DNA of 64,000 bases from an uncultured Nitrososphaerota archaeon. Its GTDB lineage: Archaea > Thermoproteota > EX4484-205 > JAAOZP01. The stretch is taken from NCBI GenBank assembly GCA_964616835.1, contig CAZTSG010000002.1, forward strand, positions 1,900 to 65,899, read 5' to 3'. The notes under the pieces were generated by a model. It saw nothing but the letters and a program-made list of their open reading frames with translations, ran no database searches and had not been told where the DNA came from. Shown piece by piece: positions 8,231 through 18,228 of the stretch. The translations under genes and the position numbers were made by a program. Each line of letters opens with the position of its first letter. Position 1 is the first letter of the stretch.

Positions 8231-10822
8231 TTATCTTGGTGGAGGAGGCGGGGGATATGAGGGGGGAGCATACGCTGTCTGGGATGCGGGTTTTCTCCTT
8301 CTTAAGACGAGTGCAATAGCCACTATGATGATTATTGCTACTACCGCTATGTAGAGCCATGTGGGTATTCCGATGGTGATTGTTGAAATTGCTGTCTGGT
8401 GCTCGTTGCCAGCATTATCCACGGCTTTAACGTAGTACTGGATGCTTGTGAAAGGCATCTGTGAAGGTATTGAGCCTGTGTAAAAGCCTCCCTGAAGGTT
8501 CATTACAACCTCCGTCCACGAGGAGCCTCCGTTGGTAGAATAGTATAGCTTAACCTCCCTAACGCCTGAGAGCTCGTCTGAAACCTGACAAGTTATCGTT
8601 GTTGACTCTCCGAAAACAGGGTTTGACGGGGCTGACAGGCCTGAGATCGTGGGCGGGGCAGTGTCTACAGTAAGCGTGAAGGAGCCGCTCCACGTTGCAG
8701 TATTATCAACATTGTCTACGGCTTCAATGCTCCAGGTGTGAGAGCCCTCTGAAAGGCTTATAGTTTTAAAGTAGTCGCTACCAGCAGTCATAGATCCCTG
8801 GGAGATGCCGTCTACCGTTAGCCTAACCTCCTTAACCCCTGAGCCAGAGTCCTCAACCCTGACGGTGAAGGTTACTGAAGTCGAACGCTGTATCAAGCTT
8901 CCAGTGGGTGAAGCACTGCTTATCGCCGGAGGAGTCTTATCCATCACGATGGTTAGGGTTTTCTCAGCCTCATTGTTACCCGACTTGTCACTACTATAGT
9001 AGCCTATTGTGTGAGAACCGTCTAAGAGAGTCGAAAAAGTCAACCCAGCCGTGTAAGTACTCCAAGAACCTCCGTCAACCCTGTACTTAGTCTCCTCAAC
9101 CCCACTCGCGTCATCGCTTGCTGAAAGCGTGAAGACAGTGGATCCGGAAACATAGGTTGTTGTGCCACTCGTATACTTCGGAGAGCCTACTGTCATCGTG
9201 GTGACAGGCGGAGTTGTGTCAGGTATTACGGTTACTGTCGCGGTTCCAGAGGTTAAACCGGTGGCTGAGGCTGTCAGAGTCTGTGTTCCACCCCTAATAT
9301 CGTAGTAGTCTACTTTGACGAAGCTTGAGCCAGTGGGGATGACTACGCCAGTTATCCTGTTTGTTGTCCCAAATTCCCTAAACTCGCCGTCCGGGGAGGT
9401 TGTTGAAAGGCTTACGATTACGTTAGAGGTATGGGTTGTTTCAAAATTGTTAGCATCCCTCAGCGAGATGTTGAGGTAGGAATACGTTACTCCAGCAGCC
9501 ATCGTGAAGCTTGAAGGCGTTATAGCAAGCTTAGCAGGGGGACCAGCCTTAACGTCGAACGCATTGCTCTCCCCAGTCTTACCTGCCCCGCTTGTAGTAA
9601 TCTTAACGTTCCTGCCTACCCTGTTTATAGTGACCATGCCTGTCCACTTACCGTTCACAAAGGCACCTGTTATCGTGGGGTTGATTGTACCAGTGGTGTC
9701 CGTGAGGGAGTTTGTTCCAGTATAGTCCGTCTTAATGTTGTTGTAAGCATCGTAGGCAGTTATGGTTATTGAAAAAGGTGTTGCAACCTGCTTCGGTGAA
9801 GAAATCGTATCGAATTCGAAATGGTCCAGCAGACCCGGTGTAACCGTTAACTGCTTACTATCACCTCCATAATTCGGTACAATAATGAAAAAGTCGCCAA
9901 CGCGATTGACATACAAATAATCCAACGTACCAACTTGAATATTATATGTGCCAGCCTTGTCATCGTAATAGTAGAAATCCATATGGTCGTAGCCATTAGG
10001 TATCGTAAGCTCGGTTATTGCGGCCCCGCCCTGAGTTAGGGAGAACTTCTTGTTGGCAGATGTTGAGTTTGAGCTGAGCTGAACCTTAAGGTCTCCACGG
10101 GTTATAGCTTCGCCGTTATAAGTTTTCCTAGAAACGGTCATCTTGACCCAATTACCGGCTTTAAGCGTAGTACTTGTAAGGCTGAGCTCTAAGTGGGGAG
10201 GATAATACTTAACCTCAAGGAGGGGATGCTTACTTGAATCAGTATAGTCTTTGGAATACATTGCAAAACCATATTCATCGGTTCCTTCAGAACCATCACA
10301 CAGCATCCAACCGTAGTTCCTTATGGATGTGGCACTATCCTTAGCGGTAAATTTTTCAACAGATTCTTTAACATTTATTTCAAGCCAACCTGCAGAAGTA
10401 CCGACCGGTTTATAAGACACAGGAAGCCCTGAAGCAGGCATCGCACTCCACTTTACTGTAGACTCCGTCCAAGAGGCTGTAACGCGAAGACATTGCAAAG
10501 TCCTAGGTGCAGTAGGAGGCCAATACATGTATAATTTGAGGGTGGCGGAATCTATGACTGAGCCGGGAGGGATGCCTGTTAAGTCAAACATTATGAAAAC
10601 ACGTTCCCTGTAACCATTTTTACTGAAGATTATTAAGTTACTTGATGACCCATAGTTAGTGTTGGGAGTTGCTTCGTAAACATAAGCATCGTCTGTAGGG
10701 CTGAAAGTTCTGGTAAGGAGGGCTATGCCGTCGCCAGCCACTCTCGTAACGTAGGGTATTGTTGAGCATATGATTATCATTACTGTTAAGAAGCCCGAAA
10801 CTATCCTTACTTTATTCAACAT
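8231..10822 (-). CDS. Large cell-surface protein: signal peptide, DNRLRE-like N-domain, beta-rich middle, three tandem Ig-like 'D-x-SGV...DGG-W...A-D-AGN' repeats, C-terminal TM anchor + RRRK + poly-Pro tail
   Basis: FSKNGYRERVFIMFDL...LKLYMY matches the DNRLRE-domain pattern. Repeats SASDDASGVEETKYRVDGGSW..., VEDSGSGVKEVRLTVDG..., QVSDELSGVREVKLYYSTNGGSSW...AVDNAGNE. C-terminus IIIIVAIALVLRRRKP...PPPPPPR. Confidence 0.7.
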   Translation of the reverse strand: MLNKVRIVSGFLTVMIIICSTIPYVTRVAGDGIALLTRTFSPTDDAYVYEATPNTNYGSSSNLIIFSKNGYRERVFIMFDLTGIPPGSVIDSATLKLYMYWPPTAPRTLQCLRVTASWTESTVKWSAMPASGLPVSYKPVGTSAGWLEINVKESVEKFTAKDSATSIRNYGWMLCDGSEGTDEYGFAMYSKDYTDSSKHPLLEVKYYPPHLELSLTSTTLKAGNWVKMTVSRKTYNGEAITRGDLKVQLSSNSTSANKKFSLTQGGAAITELTIPNGYDHMDFYYYDDKAGTYNIQVGTLDYLYVNRVGDFFIIVPNYGGDSKQLTVTPGLLDHFEFDTISSPKQVATPFSITITAYDAYNNIKTDYTGTNSLTDTTGTINPTITGAFVNGKWTGMVTINRVGRNVKITTSGAGKTGESNAFDVKAGPPAKLAITPSSFTMAAGVTYSYLNISLRDANNFETTHTSNVIVSLSTTSPDGEFREFGTTNRITGVVIPTGSSFVKVDYYDIRGGTQTLTASATGLTSGTATVTVIPDTTPPVTTMTVGSPKYTSGTTTYVSGSTVFTLSASDDASGVEETKYRVDGGSWSTYTAGLTFSTLLDGSHTIGYYSSDKSGNNEAEKTLTIVMDKTPPAISSASPTGSLIQRSTSVTFTVRVEDSGSGVKEVRLTVDGISQGSMTAGSDYFKTISLSEGSHTWSIEAVDNVDNTATWSGSFTLTVDTAPPTISGLSAPSNPVFGESTTITCQVSDELSGVREVKLYYSTNGGSSWTEVVMNLQGGFYTGSIPSQMPFTSIQYYVKAVDNAGNEHQTAISTITIGIPTWLYIAVVAIIIIVAIALVLRRRKPASQTAYAPPSYPPPPPPR

Positions 10823-10979
10823 TATTCAGCTGAGTAGTTTTCTTTTTCTCCTCGATATAAACTTTTAAAGACAAGTTTAAAAATTTTTAAAAAAACAACC
10901 TTTAATTCACTTTTTTCATCTAAAAAATGTTTTAAAACCATTTTAAACTCGAAAACGATTAGTATTATTGATTATTTCT

Positions 10980-12176
10980 TTAATTTATCCTTTTTCCTTC
11001 TATGAGGGTCATGTGTACTTTGAAATCTTCTCCGATTACTACTAAGTCTGCATCCTTACCCTCTTCTATACTCCCTTTCTGCTCATGTATTCCAAGCAGT
11101 TTGGCAGGGTTTAGAGAAGCCGTTTTAGCCACTGAGCTTAGGGGGAGACGAGTGTAGTCTAGGAAGCGCCTAGCCAGCTCGTTCATGCCTGCCGATGTCC
11201 CGATAAGCCTGCCGTCTATGAATCTCGCTGTACCATTTACGGATATGTAGTCTATGCCGTCGTATACGTACTTGCCGTCCGGGAGCCCTGTGGATCTTAC
11301 TCCGTCGGTTATTAGGATAATCCTGTCGTCTCCCAGAATATTAACTGTAAACCTAATCATAGAGGGGTGTATATGGGCACCGTCAGATATTATTTGCACA
11401 GTCACGTCTTTAGATTCGAATATTGCTAGAGGGGGGCCGGGAGCCCTGTGGTGGATAGAGGGCATTGCGTTGAAAAGATGCGTAACGTGTTTGACACCCA
11501 TTTTTATTGCTTGAAGAGTCTGCTCGTAATCAGCCGAGGAGTGGCCAAAGGAAACAACAACTCCTTTTTCCAGAAGGATTTTAATCACTTCCTCAGAGCC
11601 CTCGAGCTCAGGCGCTATTGTCATCATCCTAAGCCAATTCTTACATTTATCCATTATATTGGACAGGACGCTTAGAGAAGGGTTGCAGATTGAAGAATCG
11701 CGGATACCTCCTTTCCTATGTTTTGAAATAAATGGGCCCTCAAGATGAAACCCTAGAAAACGGGCTCCATCTAAGCCTTTTGAAACCCTTTTCAGAACAG
11801 CCTCCAAATGCTTGTTTTCCTGCCCAATCTTGTAGAAAGTTGTTGCAAGGAAGCCTGTTACTCCATGCTCAGCGCATGCTTTAGATATTGTGTTAATTGC
11901 TTCCTCATCTTCGTCAAGAACATCAGCGCCGCCTCCACCGTGTATGTGAATATCTATGAACCCTGGGAAGACCATGTCCCCATCCACGTTAACCTTTTCA
12001 ACTCCATTGGCTGTTAACGATTCACCTATTTTCTTGATCTTACTGTTTTGTATTAAAATGTCTGCAAGGGTCTCCCCCCAGGGATTAACTATTCTAGCGT
12101 TTTTTATTAGCATGATAATCGCCGCTTTAAAAAACTCATTATTAAATTTTCCGTTAAGAATTCTAAATTTCCACAT
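10980..12176 (-). CDS. nagA: N-acetylglucosamine-6-phosphate deacetylase (amidohydrolase superfamily); likely true start at internal Met (about 12113)
   Basis: VFPGFIDIHIHGGGGADVLD..., ...HLFNAM..., conserved NagA metal-binding His/Asp pattern. Confidence 0.85.
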   Translation of the reverse strand: MWKFRILNGKFNNEFFKAAIIMLIKNARIVNPWGETLADILIQNSKIKKIGESLTANGVEKVNVDGDMVFPGFIDIHIHGGGGADVLDEDEEAINTISKACAEHGVTGFLATTFYKIGQENKHLEAVLKRVSKGLDGARFLGFHLEGPFISKHRKGGIRDSSICNPSLSVLSNIMDKCKNWLRMMTIAPELEGSEEVIKILLEKGVVVSFGHSSADYEQTLQAIKMGVKHVTHLFNAMPSIHHRAPGPPLAIFESKDVTVQIISDGAHIHPSMIRFTVNILGDDRIILITDGVRSTGLPDGKYVYDGIDYISVNGTARFIDGRLIGTSAGMNELARRFLDYTRLPLSSVAKTASLNPAKLLGIHEQKGSIEEGKDADLVVIGEDFKVHMTLIEGKRIN

Positions 12177-12201
12177 CCTCGGGAGAAATCAGCTCTACAA
12201 G

Positions 12202-13494
12202 TTACAATAGTTTCTTAGCTCTTTCGGCTAGCTTTGCACGTTTCCACCCTATGTCCTTCGGCAGGGTTAATGAAGCGGCTGTTAGAAAGAAGGCGCATAT
12301 GGACCAAGTCACTGTTATTATTGTCACCATACCCCATTCTAATCCCACAGTATCCGCCAAGTAACCTGTTATTAAAGGTGCAAACCCTGATCCAACGTTT
12401 TCAACAAAAACCTGTATTGAGTGAGTAGTGCTTCTAACCTCTGGCAGGGAAATGTCTTGCAAAGATGCTACTACAGCAGGCCCAGCCATAGGAATAAAGA
12501 AGCCTGTTAACGCTGCAAGTAGGATAAATGCTTCCAGCCCGCTCTTAATCAAAATCGTCATGTCGAAAAAGACTAATCCTAAAGCTACCGATAGTCCTGC
12601 AAAGATAGCCCTTCCCCTCAACGTCCTCCTAAAAGCCCAGTCACTTATCAACCCCGCAACCAAATTACCAGCCACCATCGTTAAAAGCGCGACTAGCATA
12701 ACGAGAATCTGGGACCCTTCGTCAAAACTCCTAACATCAGTCATATAAGTGAAGAACCAGTAGGTTATTATCTGCCACGGGAAGACTCCGAAGAACCCTT
12801 GAACGAAGAGGAAAGCCATCGACTTCCTCTTAAGCACTTCAACCAACGATTCTCCTTTAAACGTGTCCTTCAATTTTTCTTTCACAGCAGTCAGCTCGGG
12901 CTCCGTAGATCCTCTAGGCTTATCCTTCAACGTTGTAATTATTAAAAGAGCCAGCAGTAAGCCAGGTACTCCGGTTATCAGGAATGCACTACGCCAACCT
13001 AGAGACCCGCCTATGATCGCTCCGATGAGAGTTCCTATAAGAGCCCCGAGTGCTCCAGAAGTATTTAAGACTCCGAGCGCAGTAGACCTTTTCTCCGGAG
13101 GAAAATTATCACCGATGAACGAGAGGATTCCGCTTGTTGCCTCATTATCGATTCCTGTCAACGCTCTGGTGAAAGCCAGCTCCAAATAGTTTGTTGAAAA
13201 AGTGGAGAGAACCGTTGTACCACCCCAGATAGCGCTTGCAAGCGCCGCTAAGGGGGGCCGAGCATACTTGTCGAAAAAATAACCCCACAGGGGCATGAAG
13301 AGTACGGCAACTATTGAGGCACCCGTCTGTATAGCGCCAAGCTGAGTATACGTAAGTAGGAACTCATCCCTTATCGAAGTTAAAAGTGGCGAGATCAGGA
13401 ATTTGTCAGCATTATGGAGCACCATGAAGATGAAGAATACGAAGACAGCGTACCAAGCTCCGCGCGGTGTCTTGTAAGCCTTATCCCTAGCCAT
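12202..13494 (-). CDS. MFS transporter
   Basis: 12 TM helices; MFS loop motifs GALIGTLIGAIIGGSLGWR; sits between the nagA and YdjC-like genes (sugar transporter plausible). Confidence 0.85.
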   Translation of the reverse strand: MARDKAYKTPRGAWYAVFVFFIFMVLHNADKFLISPLLTSIRDEFLLTYTQLGAIQTGASIVAVLFMPLWGYFFDKYARPPLAALASAIWGGTTVLSTFSTNYLELAFTRALTGIDNEATSGILSFIGDNFPPEKRSTALGVLNTSGALGALIGTLIGAIIGGSLGWRSAFLITGVPGLLLALLIITTLKDKPRGSTEPELTAVKEKLKDTFKGESLVEVLKRKSMAFLFVQGFFGVFPWQIITYWFFTYMTDVRSFDEGSQILVMLVALLTMVAGNLVAGLISDWAFRRTLRGRAIFAGLSVALGLVFFDMTILIKSGLEAFILLAALTGFFIPMAGPAVVASLQDISLPEVRSTTHSIQVFVENVGSGFAPLITGYLADTVGLEWGMVTIITVTWSICAFFLTAASLTLPKDIGWKRAKLAERAKKLL

Positions 13495-13495
13495 A

Positions 13496-13879
13496 TTAAA
13501 CCCTCCTCTCTTTTAAGTCTCTCCAGCCGATTAGTGTAAAACCCAGTTCCTCGACGATTTTGAACGCTTCTTTCGACGCGACTAATTGGTCATCCATCAG
13601 AGTCGGCTCTTCGCTCCTAAGGCTCAGAGGCCCCCACCTGTATAGCTTCCACTCGCTCGTCAGCGTTGAGTGTACACCGCAGTCGTAGTGAGGATTGTTT
13701 TTGAAAAACTCAACTGCTTCAAGAACCCATGGGCAAGGCATCATCATACTGCAGCTGGAAACAATGCCCTCTTTAAAACCTAGGAAAGTAGCCATATTCT
13801 CAGGATGACGCATGCCAACGTCATCTGCATGAATAATTAGTAATTTATCTTTTGGATCAAAATTACTCGTCAGTATCAT
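13496..13879 (-). pseudogene. YdjC/ChbG-family carbohydrate deacetylase, N-terminal half only (127 aa vs about 250)
   Basis: LIIHADDVGM...GIVSSCSMMM...CGVHSTLTSEW aligns to the ChbG N-terminus (LIVNADDFGL...GIVTSTT...GMHFVLT). The C-terminal HxH-containing half is absent and the stop abuts the MFS start codon. Confidence 0.55.
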
Positions 13880-13947
13880 GTTTCAAAAACTTTTAATAAA
13901 TACTTAAACTTTTCTAATCGAGAAAAAGAGATACGCTAGCATCTTAA

Positions 13948-14451
13948 CTATCTTCTTGCTTCTCTAACCATGTGTCTTATTTCAGGAAGAACCAGTTTTC
14001 TAATTGCCAGTTCCACAGCGTTTTGAGAACCGGGTAAGCAGAGTATTATCTTGTCTGAGGCAACTCCTCCGAATGCTCTTGAAAGCATTGCGCTCACACC
14101 TATCTCGTTATAGCTTATAGCTCTGAAGAGCTCTCCGAAACCATTAATCTTCTTCTCAACCATTTTTGAAATGGTTTCAACAGTTAGATCCCTCCTGCTC
14201 AAGCCTGTGCCTCCTATGGTGATGATAACGTCAACCCTCTTGTCTTTAATGAGCTCTCCTATTTTCCTTCTTATTTTTCCAGCATCGTTAGGTATGAGTA
14301 CTCTCTCAATCACGTCATACCCGTTTGAAACAAGGATTCTGAAAGCAGTATTTCCAGACTCGTCCGTATCGAGCGTTCTTGAATCGCTAATAGTTACTAT
14401 TGCGAAAGACAGGTTTTTAGGAGCCTCCTCTCTATGTTTTACATAGCTCAT
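13948..14451 (-). CDS. moaB: Molybdenum cofactor biosynthesis protein MoaB/MogA family
   Basis: FAIVTISDSR...GGTGLSRRD...CLPGSQNAVE motifs. Confidence 0.8.
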   Translation of the reverse strand: MSYVKHREEAPKNLSFAIVTISDSRTLDTDESGNTAFRILVSNGYDVIERVLIPNDAGKIRRKIGELIKDKRVDVIITIGGTGLSRRDLTVETISKMVEKKINGFGELFRAISYNEIGVSAMLSRAFGGVASDKIILCLPGSQNAVELAIRKLVLPEIRHMVREARR

Positions 14452-14903
14452 TACTCTTTCACCTTTCTTTCAACGATTATGCTCTCAATAGCTGTATGAA
14501 GGTACTGCCCGCTTTCATCTTTCTCAACCTCCTTAACCATATCCCATATTGTCAGCAAGGCCATGGCTACTCCAGTTAAAGCCTCCATTTCAACACCGGT
14601 TTTAGACTCTGAAGAGACTTCGCATACCGCGGAAATCCTGTCCTCCTCCATCTGGAAAGCTACAGCTACGTGCGTAATAGGAATCGGGTGGCAACCAGGT
14701 ATTAGCTCTGACGTCTTCTTAACTGCAAGGATTGCCGAAACCTTAGCAACCGTTAAAACATCGCCTTTGGCGATTCTGCCAGCTCTTATCGCTTCTATTG
14801 TTTCACGTCTAAGCCTTATCCACCCTTTCGCAACAGCCTTCCTACGAGAAGGCTTCTTAAAGCCTATATCTACCATTCCAAACCCTTTTCCACTATTGTT
14901 CAA
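14451..14903 (-). CDS. moaC: Cyclic pyranopterin monophosphate synthase MoaC
   Basis: KGDVLTVAKVSAILAVKKTSELIPGCHPIPITHV... typical MoaC core; overlaps neighbours at start and stop. Confidence 0.9.
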   Translation of the reverse strand: MNNSGKGFGMVDIGFKKPSRRKAVAKGWIRLRRETIEAIRAGRIAKGDVLTVAKVSAILAVKKTSELIPGCHPIPITHVAVAFQMEEDRISAVCEVSSESKTGVEMEALTGVAMALLTIWDMVKEVEKDESGQYLHTAIESIIVERKVKE

Positions 14904-15355
14904 GGCTTAAAACTCTCCTTAACCCATCTTCCACCTTTCGGAGTAATTTCCTTCTTCCATATGGGGGCTTGGGCCTTAACCTCGTCAATTACCCAGCTGC
15001 AGGCTTCAAAAGCCTCTTTACGACTCTTTGCAGAAACCGCTACTAGAACAATGTTTTCAAGTGGTTTTAGTCTTCCAACCCTATGGATTATGGCAACGTC
15101 GCTTATTTCGAACTTCTCTAAAGCCCTCTCCCTTATTTCTCTAAGCTTTTCCTCCGCAACTTCTCTATATGCTTCAACAATAAGCTCGTTGACGGAATCA
15201 CCTTCTCTAAATGCTTTAACAATACCTAGGAAAAAAACTATGGCACCGGTTTCCTCATTTCTGAGCTTCAGAGAAACTTCGTCTATCGAAAAATCTTCTT
15301 CAACTATTTTTATCAATTCAACCGCCTCCAGCCGGGGGGAATAATGAGACAGCAT
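14900..15355 (-). CDS. moaE: Molybdopterin synthase catalytic subunit MoaE
   Basis: GAIVFFLGIV...IVLVAVSAKSRKEAFEACSWVIDEVKAQAPIWKKE, MoaE family; 38-nt overlap with moaD. Confidence 0.75.
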   Translation of the reverse strand: MLSHYSPRLEAVELIKIVEEDFSIDEVSLKLRNEETGAIVFFLGIVKAFREGDSVNELIVEAYREVAEEKLREIRERALEKFEISDVAIIHRVGRLKPLENIVLVAVSAKSRKEAFEACSWVIDEVKAQAPIWKKEITPKGGRWVKESFKP

Positions 15356-15554
15356 CCCCTTCTTTTAAGGTTGTGTATGGGTTTGTAAGCCTACCGTTGA
15401 CCGCTACGAGAAAACTCTCTGACCTCAGGCAATCATGCTTCTCCATAAGCTTCTCGACAACCTTATTAAGAGTTGACCCGTCTTCGACTTCAAGCAATTC
15501 TTTCGCCCCGATCTTCTCTCTAAGCCAAGCATAATATTTTATCTCAATCCTCAT
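15318..15554 (-). CDS. moaD: Molybdopterin synthase sulfur-carrier subunit MoaD
   Basis: 78 aa ubiquitin-like protein ending in ...PPAGGG (C-terminal Gly-Gly). Confidence 0.7.
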   Translation of the reverse strand: MRIEIKYYAWLREKIGAKELLEVEDGSTLNKVVEKLMEKHDCLRSESFLVAVNGRLTNPYTTLKEGDAVSLFPPAGGG

Positions 15555-15602
15555 AACTTATACTTAATGGGAAGATGGAGATGGTTAAAAGCTTTCTGAA
15601 AA

Positions 15603-18074
15603 CTATCCTGAGTAATAATTGATAGTTATTCTTCTTCTTAATTCGGTTTTAGACAAGGGTTTCTCAAGCTCTATCAAAACCCTTTTCTCTATTCCCGGTG
15701 GAAGGTCGAAGAAATTATCGTCAAATTTTGCCTTCACACCCCTAACGCTTACTCCACATGCTTTCACAACGTTTTTTGAAACCATTTTCAAAACATACTT
15801 CTTTTCACCAACCCTTTCTAAAGATAGCTTGATACTGGGCTTTGGAAGCTGCAGGTATTTCAGCCTCTCGAGGAAAACAACATCATACTTAGACTCGCCG
15901 CCATCGGTCTCTAAAACGCCTACTATAAAACTGTCGAATCTGTCTTTTACGTTCAACTCGCTTAGAGTTGTCTCCACGCATTTTTTCGACGAGTTAGCTT
16001 CTACAATGATTTTCCCCTCTTTTTCACAGAGCTTCTCGCTTTTTAAATTAAACGATACGATTCTGATTCTCCCCCTAACCGGCTTAAACAGGTCGTTGCA
16101 TACCCAGGCTTCAACAGAGCTTTGATCAACGACTAAGCTGAAGTTTACAGGCTCGAATGCCCTTTTAACATAGTAGTAAGAAGCCTTAGGCTCTCCATAA
16201 TAGTCGATGAGGCTCCAGCTTAAGACAGGCCAGCAATCATTAAGTTGCCAAACCAATGCTCCACCCGTCTTAAACTTTCTCCTTCTCCAATGCTCTATGC
16301 CGGTCTTCAACGCCTCCCCTTGGTTGATTTGTGTCAAATAGATGAATTCTCCCAGGTTAGAAGGGAGCTTGAAGTGTGAGGAAAGGAAGAACCATAGCCT
16401 CTCCGGCCCGAGCGTCTGCTTGTTGTGAAACTCGATGACCTTACTCTGAAAATGCCTGTCTTCCGGAAGAGTAAATCTTTTTATAGTCTCCATCGATGGC
16501 ATAGACTGGAAGCCGAATTCGCTTATGAACCTGCCATTGTCTTTAAGATACTCTGAATAATCCCTGAACATCGACCATACTTCCCAATTATGTCTATCAC
16601 CCTCACTCTGCGAATTCGGATCGTCGCCACCATAGGGACTACCAGGCCAGTAAAATGTTGCAGGATCCAGTTTGGCGCAGATTTCAGGAAGTATTTTATG
16701 GTAAATCGTCTCACCGTAAAACCTGTTCCTCATCCTAGACCAAACCCATTTAAAGAAAACATGGTTCTCATTATTTCCACACCATATTGCTAAGCATGCG
16801 TGGTTTCTTAACCTCTTCACGACTTTCTCAGCCTCCTTTCTAACTAATTCGAAGAACCATTCCTCCTCAGGATACTCTGCGCATGCAAACATGAAGTCTT
16901 GCCACACCATTATCCCCTTCTCGTCGCAAAGCTCGTAGAAAGCCTCGTCTTCATAAACACCCCCGCCCCACACCCTTATCATATTCATGTTAGCCTGCTT
17001 CGCCATATTCAGGAGATACTCGTAAACCTCTCTAGTGACTCTTGGGAGAAACGAGTCTGCAGGAACCCAGTTAACACCCTTGCAGAACACCGGGACGTTG
17101 TTAACCTTGAAGAAGAAGGTCTTGCCCTCCTCATCCTTCTCCTGAACAACCTCTATCCTCCTTATACCAACCTTCTTCCTGATGCTGTTGAGAATCCCAT
17201 TGGGACCCTCGATGGTTATTTCCAAGTCGTAGAGGTTCTGATCGCCGTATCCATTGGGCCACCATAGCTTTGGCTTTTTAATAATGAAGTCGAAAACAAA
17301 GTTATTGGAACCAGGGGAAACGTCTTTAGACTCCTCCTTCACCTGATTATCGCCAAAACCGCTTATACGTGTTCTAACCTTAACATGTTCTTTTTTAAAT
17401 ATCTCGACAGAGATTTTTACATTCAACTTTGCAGTCTCCAAGTCTTCGCTTAAGCCACTTGAAAAATAGAAGCTCTCGATCTTACAGACATCGTAGGCTT
17501 GAAGCACTACGCTTCTCCAGATCCCAGATGTTGCTAATCTGGGACCCCAATCCCAGCCGAAAGAATATTGCGCCTTCCTCCCGTAGACTACTGGAGGGTA
17601 GAAAGCACTGTATAGTTTAAGACTATCCTTACTGTACATCTCCTCAAGAACCCTCTTAGGAGAATCTATTCTAACCACTAGAGTATTCCTACCTTCCCTA
17701 AGAATGTCCTTAACGCTGAACACATGTTCGTGAAACATGTTGCTTGTCCTAGCTACTTCTTTGCCGTTTAGCCAGATTGTTGCGAAAGTATCTATGCCGT
17801 AGAATTTAAGTTCTATACGATCGTGTTTCAGAAAATCTCTTTCAAGATTAAACTCCTTCACGTACCACCAATCCTTATCTTCCACCCAAGCCACTTCCAA
17901 TTCGTTCATCCTGAAAAAGGGATCAGGAATTATCCCGTTCCTCTGAAGGTCTAGGTGGACGACTCCAGGGACTATTGCTTTCAACCATCTACCCGAATCG
18001 ATAGTTGGCGGTTCCTTCTCTTCTTTTCCACATTCTCTAAAAAACCATTCTCCATCTAGACTTACTGAAATCAT
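15603..18074 (-). CDS. Glycoside hydrolase family 2, beta-mannosidase / exo-beta-D-glucosaminidase (CsxA)-like
   Basis: 823 aa; N-terminal sugar-binding, Ig-like and TIM-barrel domains; WLNGKEVARTSNMFHEH..., catalytic WCGNNENH (acid/base NE). Specificity not resolvable from sequence. Confidence 0.85.
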   Translation of the reverse strand: MISVSLDGEWFFRECGKEEKEPPTIDSGRWLKAIVPGVVHLDLQRNGIIPDPFFRMNELEVAWVEDKDWWYVKEFNLERDFLKHDRIELKFYGIDTFATIWLNGKEVARTSNMFHEHVFSVKDILREGRNTLVVRIDSPKRVLEEMYSKDSLKLYSAFYPPVVYGRKAQYSFGWDWGPRLATSGIWRSVVLQAYDVCKIESFYFSSGLSEDLETAKLNVKISVEIFKKEHVKVRTRISGFGDNQVKEESKDVSPGSNNFVFDFIIKKPKLWWPNGYGDQNLYDLEITIEGPNGILNSIRKKVGIRRIEVVQEKDEEGKTFFFKVNNVPVFCKGVNWVPADSFLPRVTREVYEYLLNMAKQANMNMIRVWGGGVYEDEAFYELCDEKGIMVWQDFMFACAEYPEEEWFFELVRKEAEKVVKRLRNHACLAIWCGNNENHVFFKWVWSRMRNRFYGETIYHKILPEICAKLDPATFYWPGSPYGGDDPNSQSEGDRHNWEVWSMFRDYSEYLKDNGRFISEFGFQSMPSMETIKRFTLPEDRHFQSKVIEFHNKQTLGPERLWFFLSSHFKLPSNLGEFIYLTQINQGEALKTGIEHWRRRKFKTGGALVWQLNDCWPVLSWSLIDYYGEPKASYYYVKRAFEPVNFSLVVDQSSVEAWVCNDLFKPVRGRIRIVSFNLKSEKLCEKEGKIIVEANSSKKCVETTLSELNVKDRFDSFIVGVLETDGGESKYDVVFLERLKYLQLPKPSIKLSLERVGEKKYVLKMVSKNVVKACGVSVRGVKAKFDDNFFDLPPGIEKRVLIELEKPLSKTELRRRITINYYSG

Positions 18075-18228
18075 GCTCCTCTTGGAAGAGAATTGGAAAT
18101 ATAAAACTTTTAGTTTGATTTAATCAACTTCTTCGAAACTTCCTTCACGTCTAGTCGAACAAACAAAAGGAAAAAACATATATACTTGTGAACATTTATG
18201 TGGGAAGCTGACGGGAAGAAAAACGGAA

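Noticed and set aside
8238-8272. G-rich runs at 8238-8272 and 40300-40335 as possible repeats/G4 elements
   Set aside because: Both are inside ORFs and simply encode the poly-Pro tail (minus strand) and the Gly10 linker; not independent elements.
8077-8319. 80-aa plus-strand ORF (MKKRLKKRFLRKK...)
   Set aside because: Mostly overlaps the 3' end of the 863-aa surface-protein gene on the opposite strand, and its 5' part sits in an AT-rich promoter/terminator spacer; composition is basic low-complexity typical of spurious AT-rich ORFs.
15619-17267. Plus-strand ORFs 15619-16125 and 16899-17267 inside GH2
   Set aside because: Antisense to a motif-rich GH2 gene; Ser/Leu/Phe-rich shadow translations.
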